From Oscillospiraceae bacterium (GTDB lineage Bacteria; Bacillota; Clostridia; Oscillospirales; CAG-272), in the NCBI GenBank assembly GCA_015063395.1, contig SVUF01000002.1, forward strand, positions 1-59,506: 59,506 nucleotides of DNA, written 5' to 3'. The translations under genes were made by a program, and so were the position numbers. The notes under the pieces were generated by a model that was given only the letters and a program-made list of their open reading frames with translations, was not told the origin of the DNA and did no database searches. The number at the start of each line of letters is the position of its first letter. Positions within the stretch are counted from its first letter, which is position 1. Of this stretch, positions 43,607-53,836 are shown in pieces.

Positions 43607-44002
43607 TTATTCAGATTTCTCTGTCTTGGACTCCGCTTCAGTTTCTGTTTTTGTTTCTTCTGTTACAAGCTTGATAACAGCCATCTCTGCTCCGTCACCG
43701 CGACGGGGGCCGAGCTTATAAATAACAGTGTAACCACCGTTTCTATTTTCATAGCTGGGTGCTATAACATTAAACAACTTTGCAACTACATCCTTGGAAG
43801 TAATGAACTCATATGCCTCACGACGTGCTGCAAGTGTGTTCTTCTTTCCAATTGTTATCATCTTCTCGGTAAGAGCGCGAACTTCCTTTGCTCTTGTGAG
43901 AGTTGTCTCGATTGAGCCATTCTCCAAAAGATAGGTAACCATGCCTCTGAGCATAGATTTTCTGTGTGCGGTGGGTCTTCCGAGTTTTCTGGTTCCCGGC
44001 AT
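43607..44002 (-). CDS. rplQ: 50S ribosomal protein L17 (acidic C-terminal extension)
   Basis: [20 protein letters not shown]-terminus. Confidence 0.96.
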   Translation of the reverse strand: MPGTRKLGRPTAHRKSMLRGMVTYLLENGSIETTLTRAKEVRALTEKMITIGKKNTLAARREAYEFITSKDVVAKLFNVIAPSYENRNGGYTVIYKLGPRRGDGAEMAVIKLVTEETKTETEAESKTEKSE

Positions 44003-44093
44003 CTTCAGGTTCCTCCTCTTGCTTTATTTTTACTTGTTGAACATTCTTTTGTTTTTCGAAAGCCCCTTGGTTTATCCCTTGGGCCAACGATAA

Positions 44094-45044
44094 TTATTCA
44101 TCCTCACGCTTCAAATCCAAACCAAGTGAACGAAGCTTCTGGATTACTTCTTCCAGTGATTTCTTTCCAAGATTTCTAACCTTAATCATATCGGCTTCGG
44201 TCTTCTTGGTAAGATCCTCAACTGTATCAATGCCTGCGCGCTTCAAGCAGTTGAAGCTTCTTACAGACATGTCAAGTTCCTCGATAGTCATCTCAAGGAC
44301 CTTTTCCTTTATTGTTTCCTGTCTCTCAACCAGAGTATCTGTCTTGCCTGCATCATCTGAAAGATTTACAAACAGGTTGAGATGATCATTGAGAATCTTG
44401 GCTGCGAGCGACAATGACTGCTGAGCTGTAATCGTTCCGTCTGTGGTAACGTCCATAATAAGCTTGTCATAATCAATGCTGTTTCCAACTCTGGTATTTT
44501 CAACCTTGTAGTTTACACTGTTTACAGGTGTATAAATGGAATCAGTATAAATTACTCCAAGAGCCGCCTGATTGTTCTGCTTGTTCTTTTCCTGCGAAAC
44601 ATATCCGCGTCCGTGATCAAATGTGAGTTCCATATAGAAACGAGTATTGTCTTCAAGAGTTGCGATATGCAGATCCGGATTGAGTATCTCAATATCCGCA
44701 TCGGGCTTTATGCTACCGGCCGTTACTTCGGCAGGTCCCGTCATATCAATAACAACAGTCTTTCTTTCCTCGCAAAACAGCTTCGCTGTAATACCCTTTA
44801 CGTTAAGAACGATATCAGTTACATCGTCCACTACACCGGGAATATGGCTGATCTCATGAACAACGCCATCAATTTTAATTGCTATAACCGCAACACCGGG
44901 AATGGAGCTCATAAGTATTCTGCGAAGTGAATTTCCAAGAGTTGTTCCGTATCCGCGCTCAAGAGGTTCTACAACAAATGTAGCCTTCGAGCCATCTTCA
45001 CTTACTTCTGTTGTTGTTATATTGGGCTTCTCTATCTCAATCAT
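44094..45044 (-). CDS. rpoA: DNA-directed RNA polymerase alpha subunit
   Basis: 316 aa, [23 protein letters not shown]. Confidence 0.97.
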   Translation of the reverse strand: MIEIEKPNITTTEVSEDGSKATFVVEPLERGYGTTLGNSLRRILMSSIPGVAVIAIKIDGVVHEISHIPGVVDDVTDIVLNVKGITAKLFCEERKTVVIDMTGPAEVTAGSIKPDADIEILNPDLHIATLEDNTRFYMELTFDHGRGYVSQEKNKQNNQAALGVIYTDSIYTPVNSVNYKVENTRVGNSIDYDKLIMDVTTDGTITAQQSLSLAAKILNDHLNLFVNLSDDAGKTDTLVERQETIKEKVLEMTIEELDMSVRSFNCLKRAGIDTVEDLTKKTEADMIKVRNLGKKSLEEVIQKLRSLGLDLKREDE

Positions 45045-45140
45045 TCAAATTTCCTCCTTATTTATTTCGTGTCGGTTAAGCCGACACATTGCTTCGGAAT
45101 TTTATATCCGAAGCAGTCAGTTTACTTTTGCATGGAGGTA

Positions 45141-45773
45141 TTACTTGGAGTACAACTCGACGATAAGCTGCTCGTTGAACTCAAAGTCTACATCGCTTCT
45201 TTCAGGGATTGCCACTACTTTTACTGATGCGTTTGCTGCATCAAGCTCAAGCCACTTGGGTGTTGCTTTTGTCTGCATATTCTCAAGAAGAGCCTTGATT
45301 TTCTCGGATGTCTTGCTTTCTTCCTTAACGCTTACAACGTCGCCAACCTTAACGAGAATGGAGGGAATTGTAACCTTCTTTCCGTTAAGACGGAAGTGAG
45401 CGTGACGAATAAGCTGACGAGCTTCCTTACGGCTTGCTGCCATGCCCATCTTGTAAACTACGTTGTCAAGACGGCGCTCGAGCAAGCTGAGGAGGTTTTC
45501 ACCTGTTACTCCTGCTGTATTGTCTGCCTTTTCGAAATAGGTACGGAACTGCTTTTCCTGAACTCCGTAGTATCTCTTTGCCTTCTGCTTCTCACGAAGC
45601 TGAAGCTTATATTCGTTTGTTTTACCCGCTTTATCTGTACCGTGCTGTCCGGGAGTCTTGCCGTTTCTACGGTCAAAAGCACACTTGCCTGAAAGGCAAC
45701 GGTCGCCCTTAAGATACAACTTTTTTCCTTCTCTGCGGCACAATCTGCACGCGGGGCCTGTATATCTTGCCAT
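45141..45773 (-). CDS. rpsD: 30S ribosomal protein S4
   Basis: [16 protein letters not shown] with zinc-type Cys, S4 domain. Confidence 0.97.
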   Translation of the reverse strand: MARYTGPACRLCRREGKKLYLKGDRCLSGKCAFDRRNGKTPGQHGTDKAGKTNEYKLQLREKQKAKRYYGVQEKQFRTYFEKADNTAGVTGENLLSLLERRLDNVVYKMGMAASRKEARQLIRHAHFRLNGKKVTIPSILVKVGDVVSVKEESKTSEKIKALLENMQTKATPKWLELDAANASVKVVAIPERSDVDFEFNEQLIVELYSK

Positions 45774-45800
45774 AGCTTTAATTCCTCCTTATAAATTCAA

Positions 45801-46196
45801 TCAAACACGTCTTCTCTTAGGCGGTCTGCATCCGTTATGGGGAACGGGAGTTACATCCTTGATAAGTGTAATGTTGAGTCCTGCTGTCTGGAGAGCACGA
45901 ATTGCGGATTCACGTCCGGGTCCGGGTCCCTTAACAAATACTTCAACTGTCTTCATGCCGTGGTCAACTGCCTTCTTTGCAGCTTCTTCTGCAGCTGTCT
46001 GAGCTGCATATGCTGTAGACTTTCTTGAACCCTTGAAGCCCATTCCACCGGCTGTTGCCCAAGAAATTGCGTTACCCTCGGTATCAGTGATTGTAACTAT
46101 TGTGTTGTTATAAGTGGAAGAGATGTGAGCTGCGCCCTTCTCGACGTTCTTGCGCTCACGACGCTTTCTGATTACTTTTTTCGTCTGCTTAGCCAT
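45801..46196 (-). CDS. rpsK: 30S ribosomal protein S11
   Basis: [16 protein letters not shown]...[18 protein letters not shown]. Confidence 0.97.
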   Translation of the reverse strand: MAKQTKKVIRKRRERKNVEKGAAHISSTYNNTIVTITDTEGNAISWATAGGMGFKGSRKSTAYAAQTAAEEAAKKAVDHGMKTVEVFVKGPGPGRESAIRALQTAGLNITLIKDVTPVPHNGCRPPKRRRV

Positions 46197-46213
46197 CTGC
46201 TTTAATCTCTCCT

Positions 46214-46582
46214 TTACTTCTTCTTGTTTGCGATTGTCTTCGCAGGACCCTTACGAGTTCTTGCATTTGTCTTTGTTCTCTGTCCGCGTACCGGAAGTCC
46301 TTTTCTATGTCTGATTCCACGGTAGCAGTTAATTTCAACCATTCTCTTGATGTTGAGCGCTACATCACGTCTGAGGTCACCCTCTACTGTGTAGTTAGCT
46401 TCGATCTCATCACGAAGTTTAGAAATATCTTCCTCTGTAAGATCCTTAGCGCGCTTGTCGGGGTCAATTCCGCATACTGCGAGAATGTCGTTAGCACTCT
46501 TTCTTCCTATTCCGTAGATATAGGTAAGTGCGATTTCAACTCTTTTGGAATTGGGGATATCTACACCAGCTATACGAGCCAT
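46214..46582 (-). CDS. rpsM: 30S ribosomal protein S13
   Basis: [26 protein letters not shown]. Confidence 0.97.
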   Translation of the reverse strand: MARIAGVDIPNSKRVEIALTYIYGIGRKSANDILAVCGIDPDKRAKDLTEEDISKLRDEIEANYTVEGDLRRDVALNIKRMVEINCYRGIRHRKGLPVRGQRTKTNARTRKGPAKTIANKKK

Positions 46583-46624
46583 AATTTTGTTTTCACTCCT
46601 TCTGATTTTATCCGTGGTTAATGC

Positions 46625-46738
46625 TTAACCCTGCTTCTGCTTGTGCTTAGGGTTCTCGCAGATAACCATTACTTTGCCTTTACGCTTAATGATTTTGCAC
46701 TTTTCGCAAATCTTCTTTACTGACGGTTTAACCTTCAT
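46625..46738 (-). CDS. rpmJ: 50S ribosomal protein L36 (Zn-binding C+ form); not in the ORF track
   Basis: Hand translation gives [37 protein letters not shown]. Confidence 0.95.
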   Translation of the reverse strand: MKVKPSVKKICEKCKIIKRKGKVMVICENPKHKQKQG

Positions 46739-46760
46739 AGTTATTTACCAGCCCTTTCTT

Positions 46761-46979
46761 TTATTTGCCTCTCCATGTGATTCGTCCTTTGGAAAGGTCG
46801 TAAATCGAAACCTCTACCTTGACTTTATCACCGGGGAGTATCCAAATATAATTCATTCTAAGTTTTCCCGCTATGTGTGCAGTCACTACGTGACCGTTGG
46901 GAAGTTTAACCTTGAAGTTCGCATTGGGCAATGCCTCAAGTACGACACCTTCAAATTCCATTACATCATCCTTTGGCAG
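46761..46979 (-). CDS. infA: Translation initiation factor IF-1
   Basis: [21 protein letters not shown]. The conserved N-terminus ([10 protein letters not shown]) lies upstream of the first ATG (46961). The probable non-ATG start is CTG at 46979 or ATT at 46982/46985, after RBS GGAGGG. Confidence 0.9.
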   Translation of the reverse strand: MPKDDVMEFEGVVLEALPNANFKVKLPNGHVVTAHIAGKLRMNYIWILPGDKVKVEVSIYDLSKGRITWRGK

Positions 46980-47172
46980 AATAATCCCTCCGTTCTATCC
47001 TACTATCATCAATAAATCTTTTAACAAACCCTCATAAACAGCCGCAGAGGGTTATTTTGCTTATTTTCGGTTTATCGATACTTCTATTCAACACTTGTTT
47101 GAAACATAAAAAGTTACGCACACCCGTTCCGATTTACGTTTCCAACCAATGTTTTTGATAGATTTTCGACTG

Positions 47173-47925
47173 TCAATCGATCTTTGTCAAAAGTATCGGA
47201 CCTTCTTCTGTGATTGCCAATGTATGCTCATAGTGAGCCGACAGGCTTCCGTCACAGGTTACTACCGTCCAATTGTCTGAAAGGACCTTAACCTTTGCAC
47301 TGCCTGCACATACCATTGGCTCTACAGCAATCGTCATGCCCTTCAGGAGTCTTGTTCCCCTTCCCGGTGTACCGTAATTCGGTACGTTGGGATCTTCGTG
47401 GACATCGCGTCCGATTCCGTGACCAACGAATTCTCTTACTACATTGAATCCGCATTTTTTGTTGTACTCTTCAACAGCCGAACCAATATCACCCAACCTA
47501 TTACCGACAACAGCGTTTGCAACTCCTCGATAGAAGCTTTCCTTTGTAGCTTCAATCAGTCTTTTCGCCTCATCGGAAATATTTCCGCAGGGAAAAGTAT
47601 TTGCGCTGTCACCGTGATAACCGTGATAAAAAGCACCTACATCAACCTTTACAATGTCTCCGTCCTGTATCACTCGCGACTTGCTTGGTATTCCGTGAAT
47701 TACTTCATCGTTTATACTGATACAAGCAGCACCCGGGAAGCCGCCATATCCCAAAAAGGAAGGCTTTGCTCCGCACTTTTCGATATAAGCTCTGACGATA
47801 TTGTCGATGTACTTGGTTGTCACACCCGGCTTTATGTGTTCTCCTGCAAGAGCAAGAGCTTCGCCTGTGATCCTACCTGCAAGCTTCATCTCACTTATCT
47901 GTGCTTCGGTTTTAAGTTGAATCAT
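47173..47925 (-). CDS. map: Methionine aminopeptidase type I
   Basis: Metal ligand pattern (DIVKVD, HGYHGD, FVGHGIG, EPM, EHT). Confidence 0.96.
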   Translation of the reverse strand: MIQLKTEAQISEMKLAGRITGEALALAGEHIKPGVTTKYIDNIVRAYIEKCGAKPSFLGYGGFPGAACISINDEVIHGIPSKSRVIQDGDIVKVDVGAFYHGYHGDSANTFPCGNISDEAKRLIEATKESFYRGVANAVVGNRLGDIGSAVEEYNKKCGFNVVREFVGHGIGRDVHEDPNVPNYGTPGRGTRLLKGMTIAVEPMVCAGSAKVKVLSDNWTVVTCDGSLSAHYEHTLAITEEGPILLTKID

Positions 47926-47927
47926 AT

Positions 47928-48569
47928 TTATCTGCCAATCTCGTTGAGGACTGCGATTATTGCTTCTGTAATCTTAGCAACATCGTTTTCGCCATCAACG
48001 GTTTTGAGTTTGCCACAGGCAGAATAATATTCCTTTATAGGTTCTGTCTGAGCATGATATGTCTCAAGGCGGCTCTTTACAACCTCGGGAGCATCATCCT
48101 TACGAAGAGTAAGTGTTGTGCCGTCCTTATCGCATGTTACGCCATCCTTTGAGGGATTGTATTTTGTATGATATGAAGCGCCGCACTTGTCGCACACGCG
48201 TCTTCCGCCCATACGCTCTACGATCACTTCATCTCTTACCTCGATGCTGAGTGCGAGATCAACCTTAACTCCCATTTCATCCAAAGCCTTAGCCTGAGGA
48301 ATTGTTCTGGGGAAGCCGTCAAGGATAAATCCGTTTGCGCAATCATCATTAGCAAGACGCTCCTTGATGATTCCGATTACTACTTCATCGGGTACAAGAT
48401 CGCCTTTTTCTGTGTACTGCTTTGCAGCTGTACCCATGGGTGTTCCTGTTTTGATAGCCTCTCTAATAATAGCACCTGTTGAAATGGTGGGTATCTTAAA
48501 GGTCTCGCTGACTTTTTCAGCCTGAGTTCCCTTACCTGCACCGGGCGCTCCGAGAAATATAATATTCAT
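47928..48569 (-). CDS. adk: Adenylate kinase (Zn-lid form)
   Basis: GAPGAGKGTQA. Lid CDKCGASYH...CDKDG. Confidence 0.97.
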   Translation of the reverse strand: MNIIFLGAPGAGKGTQAEKVSETFKIPTISTGAIIREAIKTGTPMGTAAKQYTEKGDLVPDEVVIGIIKERLANDDCANGFILDGFPRTIPQAKALDEMGVKVDLALSIEVRDEVIVERMGGRRVCDKCGASYHTKYNPSKDGVTCDKDGTTLTLRKDDAPEVVKSRLETYHAQTEPIKEYYSACGKLKTVDGENDVAKITEAIIAVLNEIGR

Positions 48570-48656
48570 TGTAAACTACCTCAATATACCCCCATACTAC
48601 TCGGGAAGTAATTCCCGAAAATAGTATGAAGTTTAACTTTATCTGTTCGTGCCTTA

Positions 48657-49976
48657 TCAGTCAAGGAAGCCCTTGAAGTTACGCATTGTCATCTGAGCCT
48701 CAATCTCTCTTGCTGTTTCAAGACAGATACCGATCACAATGAGAAGTGATGATCCACCAAACGCGATGGAGTTAAGAGCAGTTACATCAAAGAGAGATGC
48801 AATGCAGTTAACAAGAAGCGGTACTCCTGAAATGATTGAAAGGAATGTTGCTCCGATAAGTGTAACTCTGTTAAGGATTTTTCTGATATAGTCGGATGTA
48901 GGTCTGCCGGGTCTGATACCGGGAACGAATCCGCCGTTCTTCTTGAGGTTGTTGGATACTTCGATGGGATCGAATGTGATTCCAATGTAGAAGTAAGCGA
49001 ACAAGAACAGAAGAAGTATATAAAGAACAAGATATACAAATGAATCTGTTCCAAAAAGTGTAAGTATCACCTTCCAAGCGCCCTTAGCAGTCTCAGCGCT
49101 TGTCTGTCCTGCCATCATAGCGATTGTTGCGGGAAGAGATACAATTGAGCTTGCGAAGATTATAGGCATTACACCGGACATGTTAATCTTCATAGGAAGA
49201 TTTGAGCTCTGTCCGCCATACATCTTTCTGCCTACCACTCTCTTTGCATACTGTACGGGAATACGGCGCTCTGAGTCAGATACGAATACCATGAACCAGA
49301 TCATTGCAAGAGCAATTACAAGTCCGAGGACTGCAAGAGCTGTCTGCCAACCCCATGTTGTAAAGAGAGTCCAAAGTCCGCCAACTGATGTAAAACCACC
49401 GGACACGATGTTTGCAAAAAGGATCATGGAGATACCGTTTCCAATACCGTACTCGTTGATCTTTTCACCCAGCCACATGATAAGGGAAGCACCTGCGCAG
49501 TAGCAGATGATGATTACGATTGCTGTGAAAACGTCCTCATTTCCATCAAGGAGAAGATTCTGATTTCTAAGGAACATATAGTAACCAAATGCTGTGAGAA
49601 GAGCAAGACCTACTGTAAGATAACGGGTGTACTTTGTCATTTTTTCCTTTCCGCCTTCTTCCTTAGCCATCTCACCAAGCTTGGGGAAAGCAACTCCGAG
49701 AAGCTGCATTACGATTGATGATGTGATGTAGGGAGAAATTGAAAGAGCGAAAAGTGTTGCTCTGCTGAGAGCTGAACCGGAGATCATGTTAAGATATCCG
49801 AAGATCGATCCGCTTGCCTGCTGGAAATAAACGCCGATAGCGTTTGAATCAATGTAAGGAAGCGGAATCTGTGCGCCTAATCTGTAAAGGATAAGGATAA
49901 AAACTGTGAAGAGAATCTTTTTGCGCAGGTCTACTACGCTCCAAACATTTCTTATGGTTGAGAATATCTTCTTCAA
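48657..49976 (-). CDS. secY: Preprotein translocase subunit SecY
   Basis: 439 aa, 10 TM helices, canonical position after rplO. Confidence 0.97.
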   Translation of the reverse strand: MKKIFSTIRNVWSVVDLRKKILFTVFILILYRLGAQIPLPYIDSNAIGVYFQQASGSIFGYLNMISGSALSRATLFALSISPYITSSIVMQLLGVAFPKLGEMAKEEGGKEKMTKYTRYLTVGLALLTAFGYYMFLRNQNLLLDGNEDVFTAIVIIICYCAGASLIMWLGEKINEYGIGNGISMILFANIVSGGFTSVGGLWTLFTTWGWQTALAVLGLVIALAMIWFMVFVSDSERRIPVQYAKRVVGRKMYGGQSSNLPMKINMSGVMPIIFASSIVSLPATIAMMAGQTSAETAKGAWKVILTLFGTDSFVYLVLYILLLFLFAYFYIGITFDPIEVSNNLKKNGGFVPGIRPGRPTSDYIRKILNRVTLIGATFLSIISGVPLLVNCIASLFDVTALNSIAFGGSSLLIVIGICLETAREIEAQMTMRNFKGFLD

Positions 49977-49977
49977 G

Positions 49978-50421
49978 TTAGATCACCTCAGTCTTTCCGC
50001 CCGCCGCTTCAATCTTTTCTTTAGCGGTTGCTGAAAAGACCTTAGCCTTGACAGTAAGCTTTTTAGTTATTTCACCATTACCGAGAACCTTAAGTCCGTC
50101 ATTCTCCTTGCGAATGATTCCGTTCTCAATAAGTGTTGCGAGATCTACTACTGCGCCATCCTCGAAGCATTCGTTGAGAGTTTCAACATTTACAATTGAG
50201 TAAACAGTTGCAAACTTGTTGTGGAATCCTCTCTTAGGAAGTCTTCTGTAAAGCGGAAGCTGTCCGCCTTCAAATCCGGGACGAACACCGCCGCCGGAAC
50301 GCGCATTCTGACCTTTATGGCCCTTTCCGGCTGTTTTACCGTTGCCTGATCCGGGTCCTCTACCCTTACGCCATGCAGGTGTAACTGAACCGGGAGCCGG
50401 TGAAAGTTCATGGAGCTTCAT
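49978..50421 (-). CDS. rplO: 50S ribosomal protein L15
   Basis: [12 protein letters not shown]...[14 protein letters not shown]. Confidence 0.97.
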   Translation of the reverse strand: MKLHELSPAPGSVTPAWRKGRGPGSGNGKTAGKGHKGQNARSGGGVRPGFEGGQLPLYRRLPKRGFHNKFATVYSIVNVETLNECFEDGAVVDLATLIENGIIRKENDGLKVLGNGEITKKLTVKAKVFSATAKEKIEAAGGKTEVI

Positions 50422-50456
50422 GTTATTTCCTCCTTTAGACTATTACCGGTGTGCAA

Positions 50457-50636
50457 TCACTCGCCGGCTTTTTCCACCTTAACAAGGTGGGATATTACTT
50501 TAACTTTTCCTGCAAGAACTGCGTTGTCCTCATGTGTGATGGAGTCGCCGATCTTACGAAGTCCAAGTGATGCTGCTGTTGCTCTCTGAGCGGGAATTGT
50601 GCCGATAAGGCTTCTTACAAGTGTTACCTTTACCAT
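50457..50636 (-). CDS. rpmD: 50S ribosomal protein L30; not in the ORF track (59 aa)
   Basis: Hand translation gives MVKVTLVRSLIGTIPAQRATAASLGLRKIGDSITHEDNAVLAGKVKVISHLVKVEKAGE*. Confidence 0.93.
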   Translation of the reverse strand: MVKVTLVRSLIGTIPAQRATAASLGLRKIGDSITHEDNAVLAGKVKVISHLVKVEKAGE

Positions 50637-50650
50637 TTCTCTATTCCTCC

Positions 50651-51154
50651 TCAGTGAATTTCTTCTACGCTCTTTCCGCGTGTTGCTGCAACTTCTTCTG
50701 CAGTGCGGAGAGCCTTGAGTCCCTCAAATGTAGCCTTTACTACGTTTGTGGGGTTTGATGAACGAAGACACTTTGTTCTGATGTTCTTGATACCTGCAAG
50801 CTGAACAACCTTACGTACTGTTGCTCCTGCAATGATACCTGTACCTTCGGGTGCGGGCTTGAGAAGAACTCTTCCTGCGCCGAATTCACCTGTTACCTCG
50901 TGGGGAATGGTGTCACCCTTAAGTGATACCTTGATCATATTCTTCTTAGCGTCCTCGATACCCTTACGGATAGCGTCCGGAACTTCCGCTGCTTTTCCAA
51001 GTCCGTAGCCTACGTGACCGTTTCCGTCACCAACTACCATGATAGCCGCAAAACGAGCTATACGACCGCCCTTTACAGTTTTGGAAACACGATTAACGCT
51101 AACAAGAACTTCTTTAATTTCACCCAATTCTTCGGGTCTGATTTTAGTAGCCAT
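50651..51154 (-). CDS. rpsE: 30S ribosomal protein S5
   Basis: [32 protein letters not shown]. Confidence 0.97.
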   Translation of the reverse strand: MATKIRPEELGEIKEVLVSVNRVSKTVKGGRIARFAAIMVVGDGNGHVGYGLGKAAEVPDAIRKGIEDAKKNMIKVSLKGDTIPHEVTGEFGAGRVLLKPAPEGTGIIAGATVRKVVQLAGIKNIRTKCLRSSNPTNVVKATFEGLKALRTAEEVAATRGKSVEEIH

Positions 51155-51168
51155 GTTTTTCCTCCTGT

Positions 51169-51528
51169 TTAGAACTTGAGTCCGCCCTCACGAGCTCCTT
51201 CTGCAAGCTCATGTACACGTCCGTGATAGAGATATCCGCCACGGTCGAATACAACCTCGGTGATTCCCTTAGCTATTGCGCGCTCTGCTACAAGCGCTCC
51301 TATCTTCTTTGCTGCGGCCTTATTGGAGCCGTTGCCTTCAAATCCGCTCTCTTGGGTGGTTGCGGAAACCAATGTTACTCCTGCAACATCATCGATAACC
51401 TGAGCTGAAATGTGACGCTCGGAACGATATACACAAAGACGAGGTCTTTCTGCTGTGCCGGATATTTTTGCTCTGACTCTCTTATGTCTCTTAAGACGCT
51501 GTGCGTTAGAGTCCTTTCTTGATACCAT
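51169..51528 (-). CDS. rplR: 50S ribosomal protein L18
   Basis: [23 protein letters not shown]. Confidence 0.97.
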   Translation of the reverse strand: MVSRKDSNAQRLKRHKRVRAKISGTAERPRLCVYRSERHISAQVIDDVAGVTLVSATTQESGFEGNGSNKAAAKKIGALVAERAIAKGITEVVFDRGGYLYHGRVHELAEGAREGGLKF

Positions 51529-51546
51529 GCAAATCCACTCCTTTCT

Positions 51547-52089
51547 TTATTTACCGCTCTTCTTGGATGCCTTACGACGAACAACCTCTGTGGAGTACTT
51601 AACTCCCTTACCGTGGTAAGGTTCCGGAGGTCTCTTTTCGCGGATCTGAGCAGCTACCTGTCCAACCTTCTGCTTATCAACGCCGTTTACTACAACTGTT
51701 GTGGGGTTGGGTACGTCGAATGTAATTCCATCGCCTTCCTCAAAAGAAATTCCGTGTGAATATCCAAGTGAAAGGTTAAGAGTTTTTCCTGCCTTTGCAG
51801 CCTTATAACCTACACCAACAATCTCAAGTGTTTTGCTGTATCCCTGGGATACGCCAACTACCATGTTATTTACGAGTGTACGTGTAAGTCCGTGAAGTGC
51901 TTTATTCTGCTTCTCATCGTTGGGGCGGTCAACCTTAACTGTTGCTCCGTCAACGGTGATGATCATGTTCTGGTGCATCTTCTGAACCAGTGTTCCCTTG
52001 GGTCCCTTAACTGTAACAAGGTTTCCGGCAGCAACATCAACTGTTACGCCTGCGGGAACTGTAATTAACGCTCTACCAATTCTTGACAT
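51547..52089 (-). CDS. rplF: 50S ribosomal protein L6
   Basis: MSRIGRALITVPAGVTV. Confidence 0.97.
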   Translation of the reverse strand: MSRIGRALITVPAGVTVDVAAGNLVTVKGPKGTLVQKMHQNMIITVDGATVKVDRPNDEKQNKALHGLTRTLVNNMVVGVSQGYSKTLEIVGVGYKAAKAGKTLNLSLGYSHGISFEEGDGITFDVPNPTTVVVNGVDKQKVGQVAAQIREKRPPEPYHGKGVKYSTEVVRRKASKKSGK

Positions 52090-52110
52090 CGTCTGTTACC
52101 TTCCCTTCAA

Positions 52111-52509
52111 TTACCATACGAAAGCGAGTATTTCGCCGCCAACGTTTGCTTTTCTTGCCTTCTTATCAGTCATGATACCCTTTGATGTAGATACGATCGC
52201 GATTCCGAGACCGTTCATAACCTTGGGCATATCTTCGCAGTTGGAGTAGATTCTAAGACCGGGCTTTGATACTCTGCGGAGTCCCTGAATAACCTTCTGC
52301 TTGCCATTGTACTTCAGGGTAATTCTGATAATTCCCTGATTTCCGTTGCCTTCAACGATCTGATATTCCTTTACGTATCCTTCCTCAACAAGAATATCAG
52401 CAATTGCCTTCTTCATGTTGGAAGCGGGAACATCAACTGTCTCGTGCTTCGCATTGTTCGCATTACGGATTCTTGTGAGCATATCCGCAATTACATCTGA
52501 AATTTGCAT
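52111..52509 (-). CDS. rpsH: 30S ribosomal protein S8
   Basis: [13 protein letters not shown]. Confidence 0.97.
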   Translation of the reverse strand: MQISDVIADMLTRIRNANNAKHETVDVPASNMKKAIADILVEEGYVKEYQIVEGNGNQGIIRITLKYNGKQKVIQGLRRVSKPGLRIYSNCEDMPKVMNGLGIAIVSTSKGIMTDKKARKANVGGEILAFVW

Positions 52510-52719
52510 ACTTTTATCCTCCTTTATGCAAGTTAATATCTCTTGCTGCCATCACCGCGCCGTTGGAGTCTTTTTGACTCCTTCAGATGACATTCACAGT
52601 CACCTGCGGCGAATTTGACGGCTGCATGCCGATGGTTAAATTTTTGTATTTCCTATCGGCAGTTGGAGATTTATTTACTATAAATCTTTGTTTGGCTTTT
52701 CTTGATATATATTTCTATA

Positions 52720-52905
52720 TTACCAAGATGCCTTCTTTACTCCGGGGATCTCGCCCTTGTAAGCAAGCTCTCTGAAGCAGATACGGCAGATGCCGTACTT
52801 ACGCATATATGCGTGGGGACGTCCGCAGATCTTACATCTGTTATACTCGCGAGTAGAATACTTCTGAGGTTTCTGCTGCTTGAGAATCATAGCCTTCTTT
52901 GCCAT
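52720..52905 (-). CDS. rpsN: 30S ribosomal protein S14 type Z (zinc form)
   Basis: 61 aa, [10 protein letters not shown]...CRICFRE. Confidence 0.96.
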   Translation of the reverse strand: MAKKAMILKQQKPQKYSTREYNRCKICGRPHAYMRKYGICRICFRELAYKGEIPGVKKASW

Positions 52906-52917
52906 TGTGTACCCTCC

Positions 52918-53457
52918 TTATTTCGCGAACGGAGCGCCCATGAGCTTGAGAAGTTCACGTGCTTCTTCGTCTGTTGTTGCAGTTGTTACGATTGCGATAT
53001 CCATTCCGCGAATCTTTTCGATCTTATCGTACTCGATTTCGGGGAAAATGAGCTGTTCCTTAAGTCCGAGAGAGTAGTTTCCTCTGCCATCGAAAGCATT
53101 GGGGTTGATACCCTTGAAGTCACGAACTCTGGGAAGTGCAAATGTAAAGAGCTTGTCGAGGAACTCGTACATTGTCTCGCCTCTCAGTGTAACCTTTACA
53201 CCGATCTTCATGCCTTCTCTGAGCTTGAAGTTCGCAACTGACTTTCTTGCGAATGTGGGAACTGCCTTCTGTCCTGTGATAAGTGTGATATCGTTGATTA
53301 CGTTGTCGATTGCCTTGGAGTTTTCCTTAGCATCGCCAACACCAACGTTGATTACGATCTTGTCGATCTTAGGGATCTGCATTACGCTCTTGTACTCATA
53401 CTTTTTCATGAGGGCGGGAGCGACGTCAGCCTTATAGAATTCCTTAAGTCTTGCCAT
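52918..53457 (-). CDS. rplE: 50S ribosomal protein L5
   Basis: MARLKEFYK...[15 protein letters not shown]. Confidence 0.97.
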   Translation of the reverse strand: MARLKEFYKADVAPALMKKYEYKSVMQIPKIDKIVINVGVGDAKENSKAIDNVINDITLITGQKAVPTFARKSVANFKLREGMKIGVKVTLRGETMYEFLDKLFTFALPRVRDFKGINPNAFDGRGNYSLGLKEQLIFPEIEYDKIEKIRGMDIAIVTTATTDEEARELLKLMGAPFAK

Positions 53458-53471
53458 CTTCAGCTACCTCC

Positions 53472-53822
53472 TCAGTCAAACTTATGTCCGCAGTTCTTGC
53501 CTGAGCATACGCGGATCTTCTTGCCATCTACTACTTCGATGTGTGTACGAACACCCTTTTCGCACTTGGGGCAGTAAAGCTGTACCTTTGATGCGTAAAC
53601 AGCGCTTTCAACCTTGAGGATCTGGCTCTGTTCCCCCTGCTTTCTTGCCTTCTGATGCTTGGAAACAATGTTCATTCCCTGAACGATTACCTTTCCTTCT
53701 TCGGGAGAAGTTGCGATAACCTTTCCTGTCTTAACGGTCTTCTTGCCGTCCTTGCTCTTTTCGAACTTGTCTGCGAAATCACCTGTACGGAGAATAACTG
53801 TATCGCCTGTCTTAATAAACAT
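53472..53822 (-). CDS. rplX: 50S ribosomal protein L24 (116 aa, with an N-terminal insertion and four C-terminal Cys)
   Basis: KOW motif region GDTVILRTG...GKV. Canonical position between rplN and rplE. CPKC...CSGKNC. Confidence 0.93.
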   Translation of the reverse strand: MFIKTGDTVILRTGDFADKFEKSKDGKKTVKTGKVIATSPEEGKVIVQGMNIVSKHQKARKQGEQSQILKVESAVYASKVQLYCPKCEKGVRTHIEVVDGKKIRVCSGKNCGHKFD

Positions 53823-53836
53823 TTCTAATTACCTCC

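Noticed and set aside
52587-52775. 62-aa ORF on the plus strand in the rpsN-rpsH spacer
   Set aside because: It is antisense to the ribosomal operon, overlaps the rpsN 3' end, has no RBS and has an odd composition. The spacer is better explained as structured RNA.
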